A stretch of 64,000 nt of DNA, taken from positions 704,001 to 768,000 of the forward strand of contig CAVTTL010000001.1 of assembly GCA_963737635.1 (NCBI GenBank). Reading direction: 5' to 3'. The position numbers and the translations under genes are program-made. Below the pieces are notes generated by a model. It made no database searches. It was not told the origin of the DNA and was given only the letters and a program-made list of their open reading frames with translations. Of this stretch, positions 9,896 to 20,122 are shown in pieces. The first letter of the stretch is position 1; each line of letters starts with the position of its first letter. Origin of the DNA: an uncultured Methanoregulaceae archaeon. Its GTDB lineage: Archaea; Halobacteriota; Methanomicrobia; Methanomicrobiales; Methanospirillaceae.

Positions 9896-11674
9896 ATGGC
9901 GGAAGACCCTAAAATCAGGACACCGATCGTGTGTGTCATGGGGCATGTAGATCATGGCAAAACCTCACTCCTTGACCGGATACGCGGCTCATCGGTAGTC
10001 GCTTCAGAAGTAGGTGCGATCACCCAGCACATAGGTGCCACCATTGTCCCCATCGAAGCGATCCGTAAGATGAGCGGGTCAATGGAGAAGATCCCCATCA
10101 ACATCCCGGGCCTGCTCTTTATCGATACCCCGGGGCACCATGCGTTCACTACGCTGCGCGCCCGGGGCGGCGCGCTTGCCGACCTGGCGATCCTTGTTGT
10201 CGATATCAGCCAGGGGTTTCAGCCGCAGACCATCGAAGCGCTCCAAATCCTGCGAAACTGCAAGACGCCGTTTGTTATCGCAGCCACAAAGATTGACCGG
10301 ATCCATGGCTGGCGGGTCAACAAGGATGACTCGTTTTTGTCCACATTTGCAAAACAGAACGAGCGGGTGAAAAGCGATATCGAGACAAAAACGTACGAGA
10401 TCGTGGGAAATCTCTCCGATCTCGGGTTCTCAGCTGATCGGTACGACCGGGTCTCAGACTTCCAGCGCAACCTTGCAATCGTGCCCGTAAGCGCCCACAC
10501 CGGTGAAGGGATCGCCGATCTTCTCATGGTCATGATCGGGCTTGCCCAGCGGTACATGGGTGAAGAACTCAAACTCTCGGCCGAGGGACCGGGTGCGGGC
10601 ACGGTTCTTGAAGTCAAGGAAGAACGCGGCCTCGGGACAACCCTTGATGTGATCCTGTATGACGGCACGCTCTCGGTGGGTGACGAGATCGCCATGGCTT
10701 CGCAGGACGATGTGGTGATCGCGAAGGTCCGGTCTCTGTTGAAACCCCGGCCGCTTACGGAAATCCTTATCGAGGACCGGTTCGAGCGTGTCCGATCAGT
10801 AGTCGCGGCGTCCGGTATCAAGGTCTCGGCCCCGGGCCTTGAAAAAGTAATTGCCGGTTCGCCGCTCTTTGTCATCCGGGGCAACAGCGAAGAGCTCGCG
10901 GCCCGGATCAGAAGGGAGATGCAGGAGATCCACGTTGACCTCGCCGACGAAGGCATTGTGATCAAAGCGGACACTATCGGAGCGCTTGAAGCACTTTGCA
11001 AGGAGCTGGACGCAAAAGGGATCAAGGTCATGCGGGCACAGGTCGGCCCGGTGAGCCGCCATGACCTGATCGACACCGAGACCATTAAAAATCCCGCGTT
11101 CCGTGTCCTTTTGTCGTTCAATACACCCATTCTTCCCGATGCAGCTGATATGATCAAGGATCCGCTTTACACGCAGGTCAAGGTCTTTTCCGGCCAGGTT
11201 ATCTATCAGCTTATAGACCAGTACGTTGCGTGGAGGGACGAGCAGAAACGAATTGCGGAGAAAGCCCAGTTCGAACACGTGATGATGCCGGCAAAGATCC
11301 GTCTCCTGCCGGACTGCGTATTCCGGCAGAGCAATCCGGCAGTTGTGGGGGTGCGGGTGCTGGGCGGAAAGCTCAGGAGCGGTGTCGACCTGGTAAAATC
11401 GGATGGGAAGAGGGTAGGGCACCTCAAGACCATGCAGCTCCGACAGGAGGCAATCCGGGAGGCAGACGCCGGCCTCGAAGTGGCGATTTCGATCGAAGGG
11501 GCGACGATCGGCCGGCAACTTAACGTGGGCGACGATTTGCTCGTCGATCTTCCCGAACGGCACGTGAAAGTGCTCGAACGCGAAATGCTCAAGAACCTCA
11601 ACATCAGCACGCAGGAAGTTCTTGCCGAGTTTGTCGCAATCCGGCGTAAAGCCGAGCCGTTTTGGGGTAAGTGA
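9896..11674 (+). CDS. infB: Translation initiation factor IF-2 (aIF5B)
   Basis: GHVDHGKT, ITQHIGA, DTPGH, TKID GTPase motifs; GGGGTGA RBS upstream. Confidence 0.97.
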   Translation: MAEDPKIRTPIVCVMGHVDHGKTSLLDRIRGSSVVASEVGAITQHIGATIVPIEAIRKMSGSMEKIPINIPGLLFIDTPGHHAFTTLRARGGALADLAILVVDISQGFQPQTIEALQILRNCKTPFVIAATKIDRIHGWRVNKDDSFLSTFAKQNERVKSDIETKTYEIVGNLSDLGFSADRYDRVSDFQRNLAIVPVSAHTGEGIADLLMVMIGLAQRYMGEELKLSAEGPGAGTVLEVKEERGLGTTLDVILYDGTLSVGDEIAMASQDDVVIAKVRSLLKPRPLTEILIEDRFERVRSVVAASGIKVSAPGLEKVIAGSPLFVIRGNSEELAARIRREMQEIHVDLADEGIVIKADTIGALEALCKELDAKGIKVMRAQVGPVSRHDLIDTETIKNPAFRVLLSFNTPILPDAADMIKDPLYTQVKVFSGQVIYQLIDQYVAWRDEQKRIAEKAQFEHVMMPAKIRLLPDCVFRQSNPAVVGVRVLGGKLRSGVDLVKSDGKRVGHLKTMQLRQEAIREADAGLEVAISIEGATIGRQLNVGDDLLVDLPERHVKVLEREMLKNLNISTQEVLAEFVAIRRKAEPFWGK

Positions 11675-11861
11675 AGGAGTTATTTCGGGTATTGTTTGAG
11701 CTGCCCGACCTGGTTCCAACGGATGAGAGGGTTTAATAGCGTACCAGTAGAATAAGATGGGTACTTCACGTGCACAGGCGTTTTTGGCGCCGGAGAGCCG
11801 GAGAGTGAACGGGATGACCGACAAGGGCGGACCCCGGGATAACAAAGAGGGAGAATCAAGC

Positions 11862-12302
11862 ATGGTTGAGTTAAAGGTTGTTGTATCAGACCCGAAAACC
11901 GGTCGCGCCTACAATGTCGATGCCAGCACAGGTGCGGCAGGAGCGATCGTGGGTAAGAAGATCGGGGATGAAGTGGACGCCGGCCCCCTCGGGCTTGCAG
12001 GCTATAAGATCCTGATCACCGGGGGCTCGGACCAGACCGGGACGCCCGCGAGAAAAAGCCTTCCTGGTGCAGGAAGAAGAAAACTCCTGCTCGCGGAAGG
12101 CGTCGGATTCCACCCGGGCATGGATGGCGAGCGCAGGAGAAAGATGATCCGCTCCCACCAGATCACTCCCGAGTTCGTGCAGGTCAACGCTCGCGTGATC
12201 GCGTACGGCGAAAAGTCCCTCGAGGAAATATTCCCGAAGACGGAAAAAGCTGAGGGCGAGAAGAAGGCTGACAAGCCAAAAGAGAGAAAGGCGCGGAAAT
12301 AA
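11862..12302 (+). CDS. rps6e: 30S ribosomal protein S6e
   Basis: KVVVSDPKTG, GKKIGDEV, ITGGSD, GERRRKMIR; follows infB as is usual in archaea. Confidence 0.95.
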   Translation: MVELKVVVSDPKTGRAYNVDASTGAAGAIVGKKIGDEVDAGPLGLAGYKILITGGSDQTGTPARKSLPGAGRRKLLLAEGVGFHPGMDGERRRKMIRSHQITPEFVQVNARVIAYGEKSLEEIFPKTEKAEGEKKADKPKERKARK

Positions 12303-12317
12303 TTTCGCAGTAAGATA

Positions 12318-12328
12318 CTTTTTTTTTC
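12318..12328 (+). terminator. Oligo(T) archaeal terminator after rps6e
   Basis: Run of about ten T shortly after the stop codon. Confidence 0.55.
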
Positions 12329-12421
12329 GCATTGCTGTTTTGGCGCATCCGGGTGACGAAAACCACCAACCGGCAGTACCACAGAGTCAAGGACTGGACC
12401 GTGCTCTTCAGCGGGAATTTG

Positions 12422-12664
12422 TGGGAGGATGTGTTCGGTAGTATGTGGTCCCGGCGCCCCGCAGTAGATGCATGTTTCCGGGTTCTCGTGCTCATGCAGC
12501 CATTCCCGGATTGTCGATGACCAGACAATTGTCCCATCCTTGAGTCTGACAAAACGGTCCATCTGGAATGCCCGGGCGTTTGGGAGCCCGGCAGACTTTG
12601 AGATTAACTTTGCGTACTGTCAGAAGATCTGGTCGCGGATCGTTTTTACAGCGGCTGGCGGCAG
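12422..12664 (-). pseudogene. Relic of an HNH endonuclease-family gene
   Basis: LPPAAVKTIRDQIF*QYAKLISKSAG...WSSTIREW...CIYCG...TTEHILP; CTG at the apparent start, in-frame TGA at 12620-12622, similarity ends after the first His. Confidence 0.65.
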
Positions 12665-12756
12665 GGTTATGTTCCTGTCGTGGCGACGAGCCGATAAAGA
12701 TATCTCAAACTTTAATACCAAAAAAGAAGATTAGAAAATAACAAGCACCCGCATAG

Positions 12757-13113
12757 GTGGAACCTGCCTTGGCACTCTGCACACTCCGGGAAAAAAACAA
12801 CTGCTTCATCGTCACCCTCCCGAAGTCAGTGGATCACGTGGAAGCCATGGCCATAGAAAAAGAGCTCCGGGAATATGTCGCACGCGAACCAAAAGCCCTG
12901 CTCTGCGACATGTCCGGCTCAAAGTACATATCGAGCTCGGGGCTTCGGGTGTTTCTTGCCATCGGGAAAAAAGCAAAAGATTCCCACGTCCATTTCGGTG
13001 CCTTTGCGCTCACGAAGTTTGTCGATCACATCATTTCCATGACCGGGTTTACGCAGGTTATCACCATCTACGATACCGAAGAAGCCGCAGTCCGGGCGGT
13101 ATCGAGACTATAA
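12757..13113 (+). CDS. STAS-domain anti-sigma-factor antagonist-like protein
   Basis: LLCDMSGSKYISSSGLRVF with phosphorylatable Ser; MTGF...IYDTEEAA; GTG start. Confidence 0.88.
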   Translation: MEPALALCTLREKNNCFIVTLPKSVDHVEAMAIEKELREYVAREPKALLCDMSGSKYISSSGLRVFLAIGKKAKDSHVHFGAFALTKFVDHIISMTGFTQVITIYDTEEAAVRAVSRL

Positions 13114-13173
13114 ATCGGGTTTTTCCGGCATCATCTCCATACTGCCGGTGGTTGTCTATGGCTGCCGGCCCCG

Positions 13174-13327
13174 TTATCTGACAACTGCGTACGTAAAAGC
13201 TAATGGCCGGTAAAGGTTCCAGTCCTTGCTTTTCCCGTGGAAGTACGCGCTGGTACTCATCGCTTGTCACCGTCCTGACCCGGGAAAATCCTCTCGGCAA
13301 GAGGAACGCTTCGGTACCGTCCGGGAG
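13174..13327 (-). pseudogene. C-terminal remnant of a putative SAM-dependent methyltransferase
   Basis: DGTEAFLLPRGFSRVRTVTSDEYQR / YFHGKSKDWNLYRPLAFTYAVVR* across a frameshift; resembles, from memory, C-termini of methanogen LCM-like methyltransferases. Confidence 0.4.
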
Positions 13328-13445
13328 ATTATGAGCATTGTTATTTTGTCCGGGCATTTTCCAGCGCACTTGGCCCATTACGGTAAAAAAACAAAATCAT
13401 CCCAGCAGAACCGCATGCGAAAAAAGAAAAACTCCCGGTCACTGG

Positions 13446-13985
13446 TTACACGGGCGCGGTGACGGTGACTTTTCCGTACGACGCGCTCGTGCTATCGGTG
13501 GCGAGCTGCTTGCCGTTCTCATAGATGCTTACGGTCAGCGCGTGGGTTGCGGTGTTGTCGGTCTTCTGGAATGTGGCCGTAACCGTCCCGGTCGCGTTTT
13601 CAACCTGGTACACCTGGCTTCCCGAGTTAGGCGTTATGGTCGTGATAACGCCGCCGGTGCTGTACGAACCGTTGAAACCGCCAATGTAACTTACACTCAC
13701 GGAGACACCGGTCGCCGGGATGCTCGCCGGTGTTGTCGTTATAAAAACGATGGTGGAAGACGGCGACGGTGAGATCGTTGCGCCGGATCCGGCCCCGACG
13801 GGAGCAGCAGTAGTGGGTGATACTACCTTATCGGAAGAGGAATGGCCTGACGACGATCCACCGTAACTACTAAAGTAAATGAATGCGGCCCCTACGACCA
13901 CTATGATACCGACGATCGTAGCGATCAGAAGCCACGGGGTCTCCGGCTTACGGCGCCGCCTTCCCCCACGCATGCGCATTTGCAT
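13446..13985 (-). CDS. Hypothetical membrane-anchored surface protein
   Basis: Basic N-terminus, one TM helix, Ser/Thr/Pro linker, beta-rich C-terminal domain. Confidence 0.75.
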   Translation of the reverse strand: MQMRMRGGRRRRKPETPWLLIATIVGIIVVVGAAFIYFSSYGGSSSGHSSSDKVVSPTTAAPVGAGSGATISPSPSSTIVFITTTPASIPATGVSVSVSYIGGFNGSYSTGGVITTITPNSGSQVYQVENATGTVTATFQKTDNTATHALTVSIYENGKQLATDSTSASYGKVTVTAPV

Positions 13986-14097
13986 AACTACCTTTTGATC
14001 TTTAGGTTATATTGATTTTCCGGGAAAAACGGGCGCCGAATGAGAAAAGACCGGTATAAAACCTTGTGAAAAATAAATGAGAGGCATACGGACGTTA

Positions 14098-14557
14098 TTA
14101 TTTCTTTACCGCTGCTGTCAGGGCCTCACGCAGGTCCTCATAGGGTACCTTGTATTTCTTTGCAAGCAGAACGAGAGCTGCCGGAGGGAGCAGGTTTCCA
14201 CCGAACGTGTCCCGGATGATCGTGTTCATCTCAGCAACAACATCTGTTTCCGGAGCGCCACGGGTCTTCATGATCCTTCCAATCAGTTCCTGCACAGGAT
14301 CATTCGCTTCGAAGATGGCCGACGTCGGCCTGAATCCAATGGGAATGGGAACCGTCGCCGGGTCAAAGAGGATCGTAAAAATACCGTTCTCCTGCCTGAG
14401 GAGTCTCCGCTTCTTCTGCCCGCCGGAGCAGAATGGCCGCCTGGTCCGTGCTCATCCATTTGCGGTCGAGCGCGTAATAGTAGACGAGCTCATTCCTGCG
14501 CAGGGCGGTCTTGCGGGTATGCCTGAACGGTGCAGCCACCGCGATCTGGAGCGTCAA
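14098..14557 (-). CDS. DUF2240 family protein (one apparent frameshift near 14404)
   Basis: MTLQIAVAAPF...ALDRKWMS joins LLRQENG...PIGFRP...LLAKKY when one base is removed. Confidence 0.8.
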
Positions 14558-14976
14558 TTCGGTTTTCCCAGAAGGATATTTTTCATATTGAGAGCATCGA
14601 GTCCTTCACCGGCATCCTGCCGTGCGATGTCGACATCGGTGCAGGTGTTCCGGTCCGTAAGCCGTACGAAAAAAACATCGTTTGCGACCGGCACCCTTCC
14701 GCTCCCGCGAAGGGCGAGCGCGAGCACCGAGACTTTCAGATCGGCCGCTTCGGTTATAATCCCGGCGCGCAGGTCATCGGGCGTGATATCACCGAATTCC
14801 GCTCGGTTGGATGCGATCTCAACTTTTACCTTAACCCGGACAAGTTCTTTTCCGGTGGTCTTGGTGGACTCCTGTCCGTTCAGTTCTGCGACATATTTCA
14901 GGGTTTCAGGAAACGTCATCCCCATCGCAAACGAGAGATCCACCCGCTGCGGGTAACGATAATAGATCCTTCGCAT
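14554..14976 (-). CDS. Conserved hypothetical protein
   Basis: Open ORF co-oriented with rps8e and overlapping the DUF2240 start by 4 nt; start uncertain. Confidence 0.65.
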   Translation of the reverse strand: MRRIYYRYPQRVDLSFAMGMTFPETLKYVAELNGQESTKTTGKELVRVKVKVEIASNRAEFGDITPDDLRAGIITEAADLKVSVLALALRGSGRVPVANDVFFVRLTDRNTCTDVDIARQDAGEGLDALNMKNILLGKPN

Positions 14977-15080
14977 GGTTACACTATGGGATAGCATAAC
15001 CTAAAAAAACAATTGCTGCACCCACGTATAAGGGAACCCTCCTAGGCGCAACGAAAACGAAAAAGGGGGAATATCCCGGT

Positions 15081-15458
15081 TTATTCGAGTAACACCGCAT
15101 TGATGATGCCGGCTTGGCCGGGGCGGCTCATGATCCGGGCGCGTCCGATCTCAGTCCGGACAATTGCACCCTTGGTGAGCAGGTTCCGCCGGACATAGTT
15201 CGGGTTTGCCCCGTTCTCTTCAACGTTCTCAATCTTCACTTTTTTGGTCTGCCCGTTGGAGAGATTGGTGACGTTTGCGTACTGCGCCCGCATAGCCCGG
15301 ACCTTGGTTTTCCCGCCCATAATCCGGACGATCTTCGACCGCTCTTCCCCAATGTGGGTATCCGCGGGTGCAAGCCCGATCTCAAATCTCCGCTTTCCCT
15401 GTGCCGGTCGGCGCCTGCCGCCGGTTACCTTCCGTATTGATTCTCCCTGCCAGAGCAT
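15081..15458 (-). CDS. rps8e: 30S ribosomal protein S8e
   Basis: WQGESIRKVTGGR, ANPNYVRRNLLTKGAIV, SRPGQAGIINAVL. Confidence 0.97.
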   Translation of the reverse strand: MLWQGESIRKVTGGRRRPAQGKRRFEIGLAPADTHIGEERSKIVRIMGGKTKVRAMRAQYANVTNLSNGQTKKVKIENVEENGANPNYVRRNLLTKGAIVRTEIGRARIMSRPGQAGIINAVLLE

Positions 15459-15578
15459 GGTGTCACTCCTTTACGATCTTCCCCCCGGAATCATACTTTT
15501 TTCCGGAGATGGTGCTCTATATATTCCCTCCGGAGTTATTTATAGTATTTCCCGACTCAAAGTATGCATCTTCTTTTG

Positions 15579-16226
15579 TTATGCCAGAATGGCATCGAGA
15601 AGCAGTGCAACGTTCTCGCCTGTCTTCATGTTGGTCTTGAAGACCGGCATCTTCGGATTGTACCGGTGGATGTCGTTCTCCATCCGGGCGAGGTTTGCGC
15701 CTACGAGCGGGGCAAGGTCAACCTTGTTGATGACGCCGATAGTACAATCCCTGAACATCATCGGGTGCTTGTTGACCACATCATCTCCTTCGGTTGAGCT
15801 CACGATTACGATCCGCTTCTCGGCACCGAGCCTGAAGTCGGTCGGGCATACCATGTTGCCCACGTTTTCGATAAAAAGAATGTCGATCTGGTCAAGCGGA
15901 AGATGTTCAATTGCGTGCTCTACGAGATGGGCATCGAGATGGCATTCCTTGCCGGTATTTGCGTTGTAGGCAGGAATGCCCTGAGCAACAATTCTCTGGA
16001 AATCATCGTCACCGTACACATCCCCGGCAATTGCGCCGGCCCGAATCCCTTTAGCCCTGAGCAGTGGAACGAGACGCTCAATAAGTGCGGTCTTACCTGA
16101 GCCAATCGCGCCGAGCAGATCAAAGGCCCGTACACCGTGCGTCTTCAGATGCCGGGCATTTTCATCGGCGATCGCGTTATTGACGTCGTATACATTCTTT
16201 TCCAGCCTGACGTCGATATGATGCAT
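15579..16226 (-). CDS. hypB: Hydrogenase nickel incorporation GTPase HypB
   Basis: GAIGSGKT, ECHLDA, ENVGNMVCP, EGDD, NKVDL. Confidence 0.96.
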   Translation of the reverse strand: MHHIDVRLEKNVYDVNNAIADENARHLKTHGVRAFDLLGAIGSGKTALIERLVPLLRAKGIRAGAIAGDVYGDDDFQRIVAQGIPAYNANTGKECHLDAHLVEHAIEHLPLDQIDILFIENVGNMVCPTDFRLGAEKRIVIVSSTEGDDVVNKHPMMFRDCTIGVINKVDLAPLVGANLARMENDIHRYNPKMPVFKTNMKTGENVALLLDAILA

Positions 16227-16281
16227 ACCCTTACGTTTTGAGCGGACAGTGTTTATATCTTGACCCCCATACTTTTAGGTA

Positions 16282-16557
16282 ATGGATAAAGGCGAGCGCA
16301 TCCTGTATCCCTGCTATTTCAACGCATCTCTTACTCGTGAAGAGGGACGCAGGATCCCACGGTCATTGGGCGCAAAAGGACCAAATGCGGGCGATATCGA
16401 GCGGGCATTAAAACGTCTCGGCATTTCCTGCCATACCGAGGAGCACCACCACCCGGCCCACTGGACCCGGCATGAAGGAAGGGTAATCGCTGCATGGACC
16501 GGGAAAAAAGAGGCACTCATCAAAAAAGTTGCCCGAGCCATGGAGGTGAAACGGTGA
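16282..16557 (+). CDS. srp19: Signal recognition particle protein SRP19
   Basis: ILYPCYFN...REEGRRIP...HP..W...GRV. Confidence 0.9.
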   Translation: MDKGERILYPCYFNASLTREEGRRIPRSLGAKGPNAGDIERALKRLGISCHTEEHHHPAHWTRHEGRVIAAWTGKKEALIKKVARAMEVKR

Positions 16558-17207
16558 ACGGCCTGTACGACCTTCATACCCATACTATTCTTTCTGATGG
16601 TGAAATGCTCCCGTCCGAGCTGATCCGGCGCATGTCTGTGATTGGGTATACCACGGTTGCCATCACAGATCACGTCGATACCTCCAATGCAGAATCGGTC
16701 GTACCAATGATTCTTGACGTGCAGGAATCCGCCGAGCTCTTTGGTGTCAGGCTCCTGTGTGGTGTCGAGATCACGCATGTGCCCCCATCTCAGATCGCCG
16801 CAGTTGCTCGGCAGGCCCGCGAGGCGGGAGCGGAGATCATTGTTGTCCACGGGGAAACCACGGTCGAGCCAGTGGCACCAGGTACCAACCACGCTGCCTG
16901 CATCTGCCCGGATGTGGATGTGCTCGCTCACCCGGGACTGATCACGCGCGAAGACGCCCGGCTCGCCCAGGAAAATGGCATTGCTCTTGAGATTACTTCA
17001 CGGGGTGGGCATAACCGTACCAACGGGCACGTCGTGCGTATCGCCCGCGAGGTCTCCTGCCAGTTGGTAGTGGATTCGGACGCGCATGCACCGCATGATT
17101 TGTTAGACAAGATAGGTAAAGAGAATGTGGCGATGGGTGCAGGGCTTACCGCGGCCGAATCTGCTGCCATAATCTCTTTAAATATTGATCGGTTATTCAG
17201 ATCCTGA
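16554..17207 (+). CDS. PHP-domain phosphoesterase (histidinol phosphatase-like)
   Basis: DLHTHT.SDG, AITDH, GVEITH, AHPG, DSDAH; GTGA overlap with srp19. Confidence 0.92.
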   Translation: MNGLYDLHTHTILSDGEMLPSELIRRMSVIGYTTVAITDHVDTSNAESVVPMILDVQESAELFGVRLLCGVEITHVPPSQIAAVARQAREAGAEIIVVHGETTVEPVAPGTNHAACICPDVDVLAHPGLITREDARLAQENGIALEITSRGGHNRTNGHVVRIAREVSCQLVVDSDAHAPHDLLDKIGKENVAMGAGLTAAESAAIISLNIDRLFRS

Positions 17208-17225
17208 AATTTCTATTTATATTTT

Positions 17226-17284
17226 CACGAAATATTTAAATACTGAAAGGACTTACATATATAGATTACTAAACTTCTTTAGTA
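17226..17284 (+). promoter_or_regulatory. Probable gar1-tfb promoter with downstream palindrome
   Basis: CACGAAATA-TTTAAATA (BRE/TATA-like, TATA at 17235-17242) and TACTAAA-CTTC-TTTAGTA at 17267-17284. Confidence 0.5.
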
Positions 17285-17309
17285 CTTTGTATACCCACCC
17301 GAGGTTGTT

Positions 17310-17588
17310 GTGAAGGTTGTTGGCCGAGCGATGAGCACCTATGGAAGCAGGATGCTTATCATTCAGTTAGATGCCGCCCAGCTCCCCGGGTTGTACAGCG
17401 AAGTAATGGACCGGCGGACAAAACCGGCGGGTAAGATCATGGACGTCTTTGGGAACGTAAAATCGCCTTACGCCCTTGTCCTTTCCCACGGTCCGTGCAG
17501 TGTCAGGCCGGGCGAGAAAGTCTATGCGAGGGAAGCCCACACCTCCACGACTGCCCGACCACGATCGTCGAGAACAATAACAAGATAA
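17310..17588 (+). CDS. gar1: H/ACA RNP component Gar1
   Basis: GKIMDVFGNVKSPYALV motif; conserved position upstream of tfb. Confidence 0.85.
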   Translation: MKVVGRAMSTYGSRMLIIQLDAAQLPGLYSEVMDRRTKPAGKIMDVFGNVKSPYALVLSHGPCSVRPGEKVYAREAHTSTTARPRSSRTITR

Positions 17589-17603
17589 CTTTGGTGAATC
17601 CGG

Positions 17604-18608
17604 ATGCAGGAAGTCGAAAAACTAAAACTTCTCCAGACTGAGAGAGAAGCGCTCAAATCACGTATAAAAGTCAAAGAGCAGGAAAAGAAAGCAGAAAACC
17701 ATACCGAAACGGTCTGCCCGGAATGCGGCAGCAGGCAGCTCGTCCATGATTATGAGCGTGCAGAGCTGGTTTGCCAGAGCTGCGGTCTTGTGATTGATGA
17801 TGATTTCATCGACCGCGGCCCCGAATGGCGTGCGTTCGACCACGACCAGCGGATGAAACGCTCCCGTGTCGGCGCCCCTATGACCTTTACGATCCACGAT
17901 AAGGGTCTCTCCACGATGATCGACTGGCGCAACCGGGACTCATACGGCAGGGCGATCTCTTCGAAGAACCGTGCCCAGCTCTATCGTCTCCGCAAGTGGC
18001 AGCGCCGGATCCGTGTGAGCAACGCGACTGAGAGAAATCTCGCTTTTGCGCTCTCGGAACTGGATCGTATGGCTTCAGCTCTCGGCCTCCCGCGAAACGT
18101 GCGGGAGACTGCCGCTGTAGTCTACCGTGACGCAGTGGATAAGAACCTGATCCGGGGACGGAGTATTGAAGGTGTTGCAGCTGCAGCGCTCTATGCTGCC
18201 TGCCGCCAGTGCAGCGTCCCCCGTACTCTCGATGAGATCGCAGAAGTGTCCAGGGTATCGAGAAAAGAGATCGGCAGAACCTACAGGTTCATCTCCCGGG
18301 AACTGGGGTTGAAGCTCCTCCCGACGTCACCGATCGATTATGTACCCCGATTCTGCTCCGGGCTCACTCTGAAAGGTGAAGTACAGAGCAGGGCGGTCGA
18401 GATCCTTCGGCAGGCAGGAGAACGAGAACTTACCAGTGGCAGGGGACCGACCGGTGTCGCGGCCGCTGCTATCTATATCTCCTCCATTCTTGGGGGCGAG
18501 CGGCGCACACAACGCGAAGTTGCAGAAGTCGCCGGCGTTACAGAAGTCACGATCCGGAACCGGTATAAGGAGCTCGCAGAAAAGCTCGACATCGAGATCA
18601 TCCTCTGA
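17604..18608 (+). CDS. tfb: Transcription initiation factor IIB
   Basis: CPECG...CQSCG Zn ribbon, GPEWRAF, two cyclin repeats, [12 protein letters not shown]. Confidence 0.98.
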   Translation: MQEVEKLKLLQTEREALKSRIKVKEQEKKAENHTETVCPECGSRQLVHDYERAELVCQSCGLVIDDDFIDRGPEWRAFDHDQRMKRSRVGAPMTFTIHDKGLSTMIDWRNRDSYGRAISSKNRAQLYRLRKWQRRIRVSNATERNLAFALSELDRMASALGLPRNVRETAAVVYRDAVDKNLIRGRSIEGVAAAALYAACRQCSVPRTLDEIAEVSRVSRKEIGRTYRFISRELGLKLLPTSPIDYVPRFCSGLTLKGEVQSRAVEILRQAGERELTSGRGPTGVAAAAIYISSILGGERRTQREVAEVAGVTEVTIRNRYKELAEKLDIEIIL

Positions 18609-18688
18609 TTTTCTTTTTTTCCCGCAAGGGTGCCTGTTACCGCAATAACTATATTCCATCCGCAGGAGAACAGTATACCACAATCCTT

Positions 18689-18760
18689 GGGCTCGTAGAT
18701 CAGGGGTAGATCGTTACGTTCGCAACGTAAAGGCCGCGGGTTCAATTCCCGCCGGGTCCA
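18689..18760 (+). tRNA. tRNA-Ala (CGC)
   Basis: GGGCTCG...TTACG-TTCGCAA-CGTAA...GGTTCAATTCC...CGGGTCC-A; G3:U70 pair present. Confidence 0.95.
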
Positions 18761-18885
18761 TCTGGTTTTACGCAATCTAAAAGAAGATCCTGTTTTTTCC
18801 GGTTTGTCTTAAGATCGGTACTACGAGCCGGACAGGGACGAAAATATCAACACGGTGTCCGGCCAACAATGATCCTAGCAGGATC

Positions 18886-20045
18886 ATGGCAACCCTTTAT
18901 CAAATCCAGACCGCATGTGCGGCGGTGCTGTGTGCAGCGCTGTTTTTGGTGATGCCAGGACTCGCGGCCAATACAGCCGTGTACGGTAATACTGCAGGAT
19001 TGAACCTGAGCCTCCACCACGATGAATTCGCAGTGACCTGTCAGCTCGCCGGCCTCGCCGGACCAGAGCTCGACCAGAACCTGTCATGTTTTACCAATGC
19101 ATCCACGGACGTTCTCATTTTGGAAGGCGATGCGGGATTTTCAGAGAATACCCAAACCGCCATTGGAAACGCAACCGCTACCGGTAAGATCCTTATATTA
19201 AGCGAAAACGATCTTGCACGATTTACCGATATCCTGCCGGTGCAGTCTGCGGGCGTTGCTCCGGGCAGTCCCGCTCTGATCGTGAGCACCCCGAATACGA
19301 CGCTCTCTGAAGACATTTTTGCCGGCCTCCCGATGCAATATCCCAATACGACGGTTATTCCAGAGAGGGAATCGTATATCGTTCGCACCGGTGGCACAAC
19401 CCTGTTGTCCTTCGAGAATGGCGATCCAGCGCTCGTATTCTCCCCGTATGGGAATGGCTACGTTGTCGCATGGCTGCCTCCCTCAGATCAGGCATACCTC
19501 AGCAGCACTGATATCGACCTTATAAACGAGCGGCTGATCACCCACTTGCTGGCGTTACGGAGCACAGAATCTGCGACGATAACACCGGCCAGCGCAAATA
19601 TTACAGCCGTAACAGTTTCCGCGACAAGGTCAACAATGCCCCCGACCACAACTGCCACTGTGACAAGTCCGGGAAATATATCCGTTTACTCCTCTCCTTC
19701 AGGAGCAAACGTATTCATCGATGACATCTACGAAGGCATAACTCCGGTGAACCTCAGTGGCATTTCTCCGGGAAACCATGTGCTCAAACTGGAGATGAAT
19801 GGGTATCAGACTACGAGATCACGATTCCGGTATCAAATGCGAGTACAGTCACTGCGTTTGGATCGCTCGCTCAGCGCAACAGGACGGTACCGGTTACTGT
19901 AACCGCAACACCGACCGATACTTCTTCGATCTGGTCAAGCCCATCAGTTGTTGCAGCAGTTCTGGGGAGCATCGCCGCAATCGTCGCCGCAATTGCCACG
20001 ATATTCTCGATCTATCACAAGCATCAGGAAGATAAAAGGACATGA
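18886..20045 (+). CDS. Secreted PEGA-domain protein with C-terminal membrane anchor (frameshift near 19810)
   Basis: Signal peptide; SSPSGANVFIDD.YEGITP PEGA motif; adding one G (CAG-GAC) continues DYEITIPV...TM helix...HQEDKRT*. Confidence 0.8.
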
Positions 20046-20122
20046 TCGCAGGCGCTCAGGTTCTCAGGCTGATCAGTAACAACTATATGGAATCGGCTGA
20101 AAAAGTATATGCCGCAATAGAA

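Noticed and set aside
10219-11863. Long antisense ORFs opposite infB (similar ones lie opposite atpA, atpB and atpI)
   Set aside because: Shadow ORFs from GC-rich codon usage on the strand opposite conserved genes; no recognisable motifs
12620-12622. In-frame TGA as selenocysteine or readthrough
   Set aside because: Position fits Trp, the ORF also lacks its start and C-terminal half, and TGA is a normal stop elsewhere in the window
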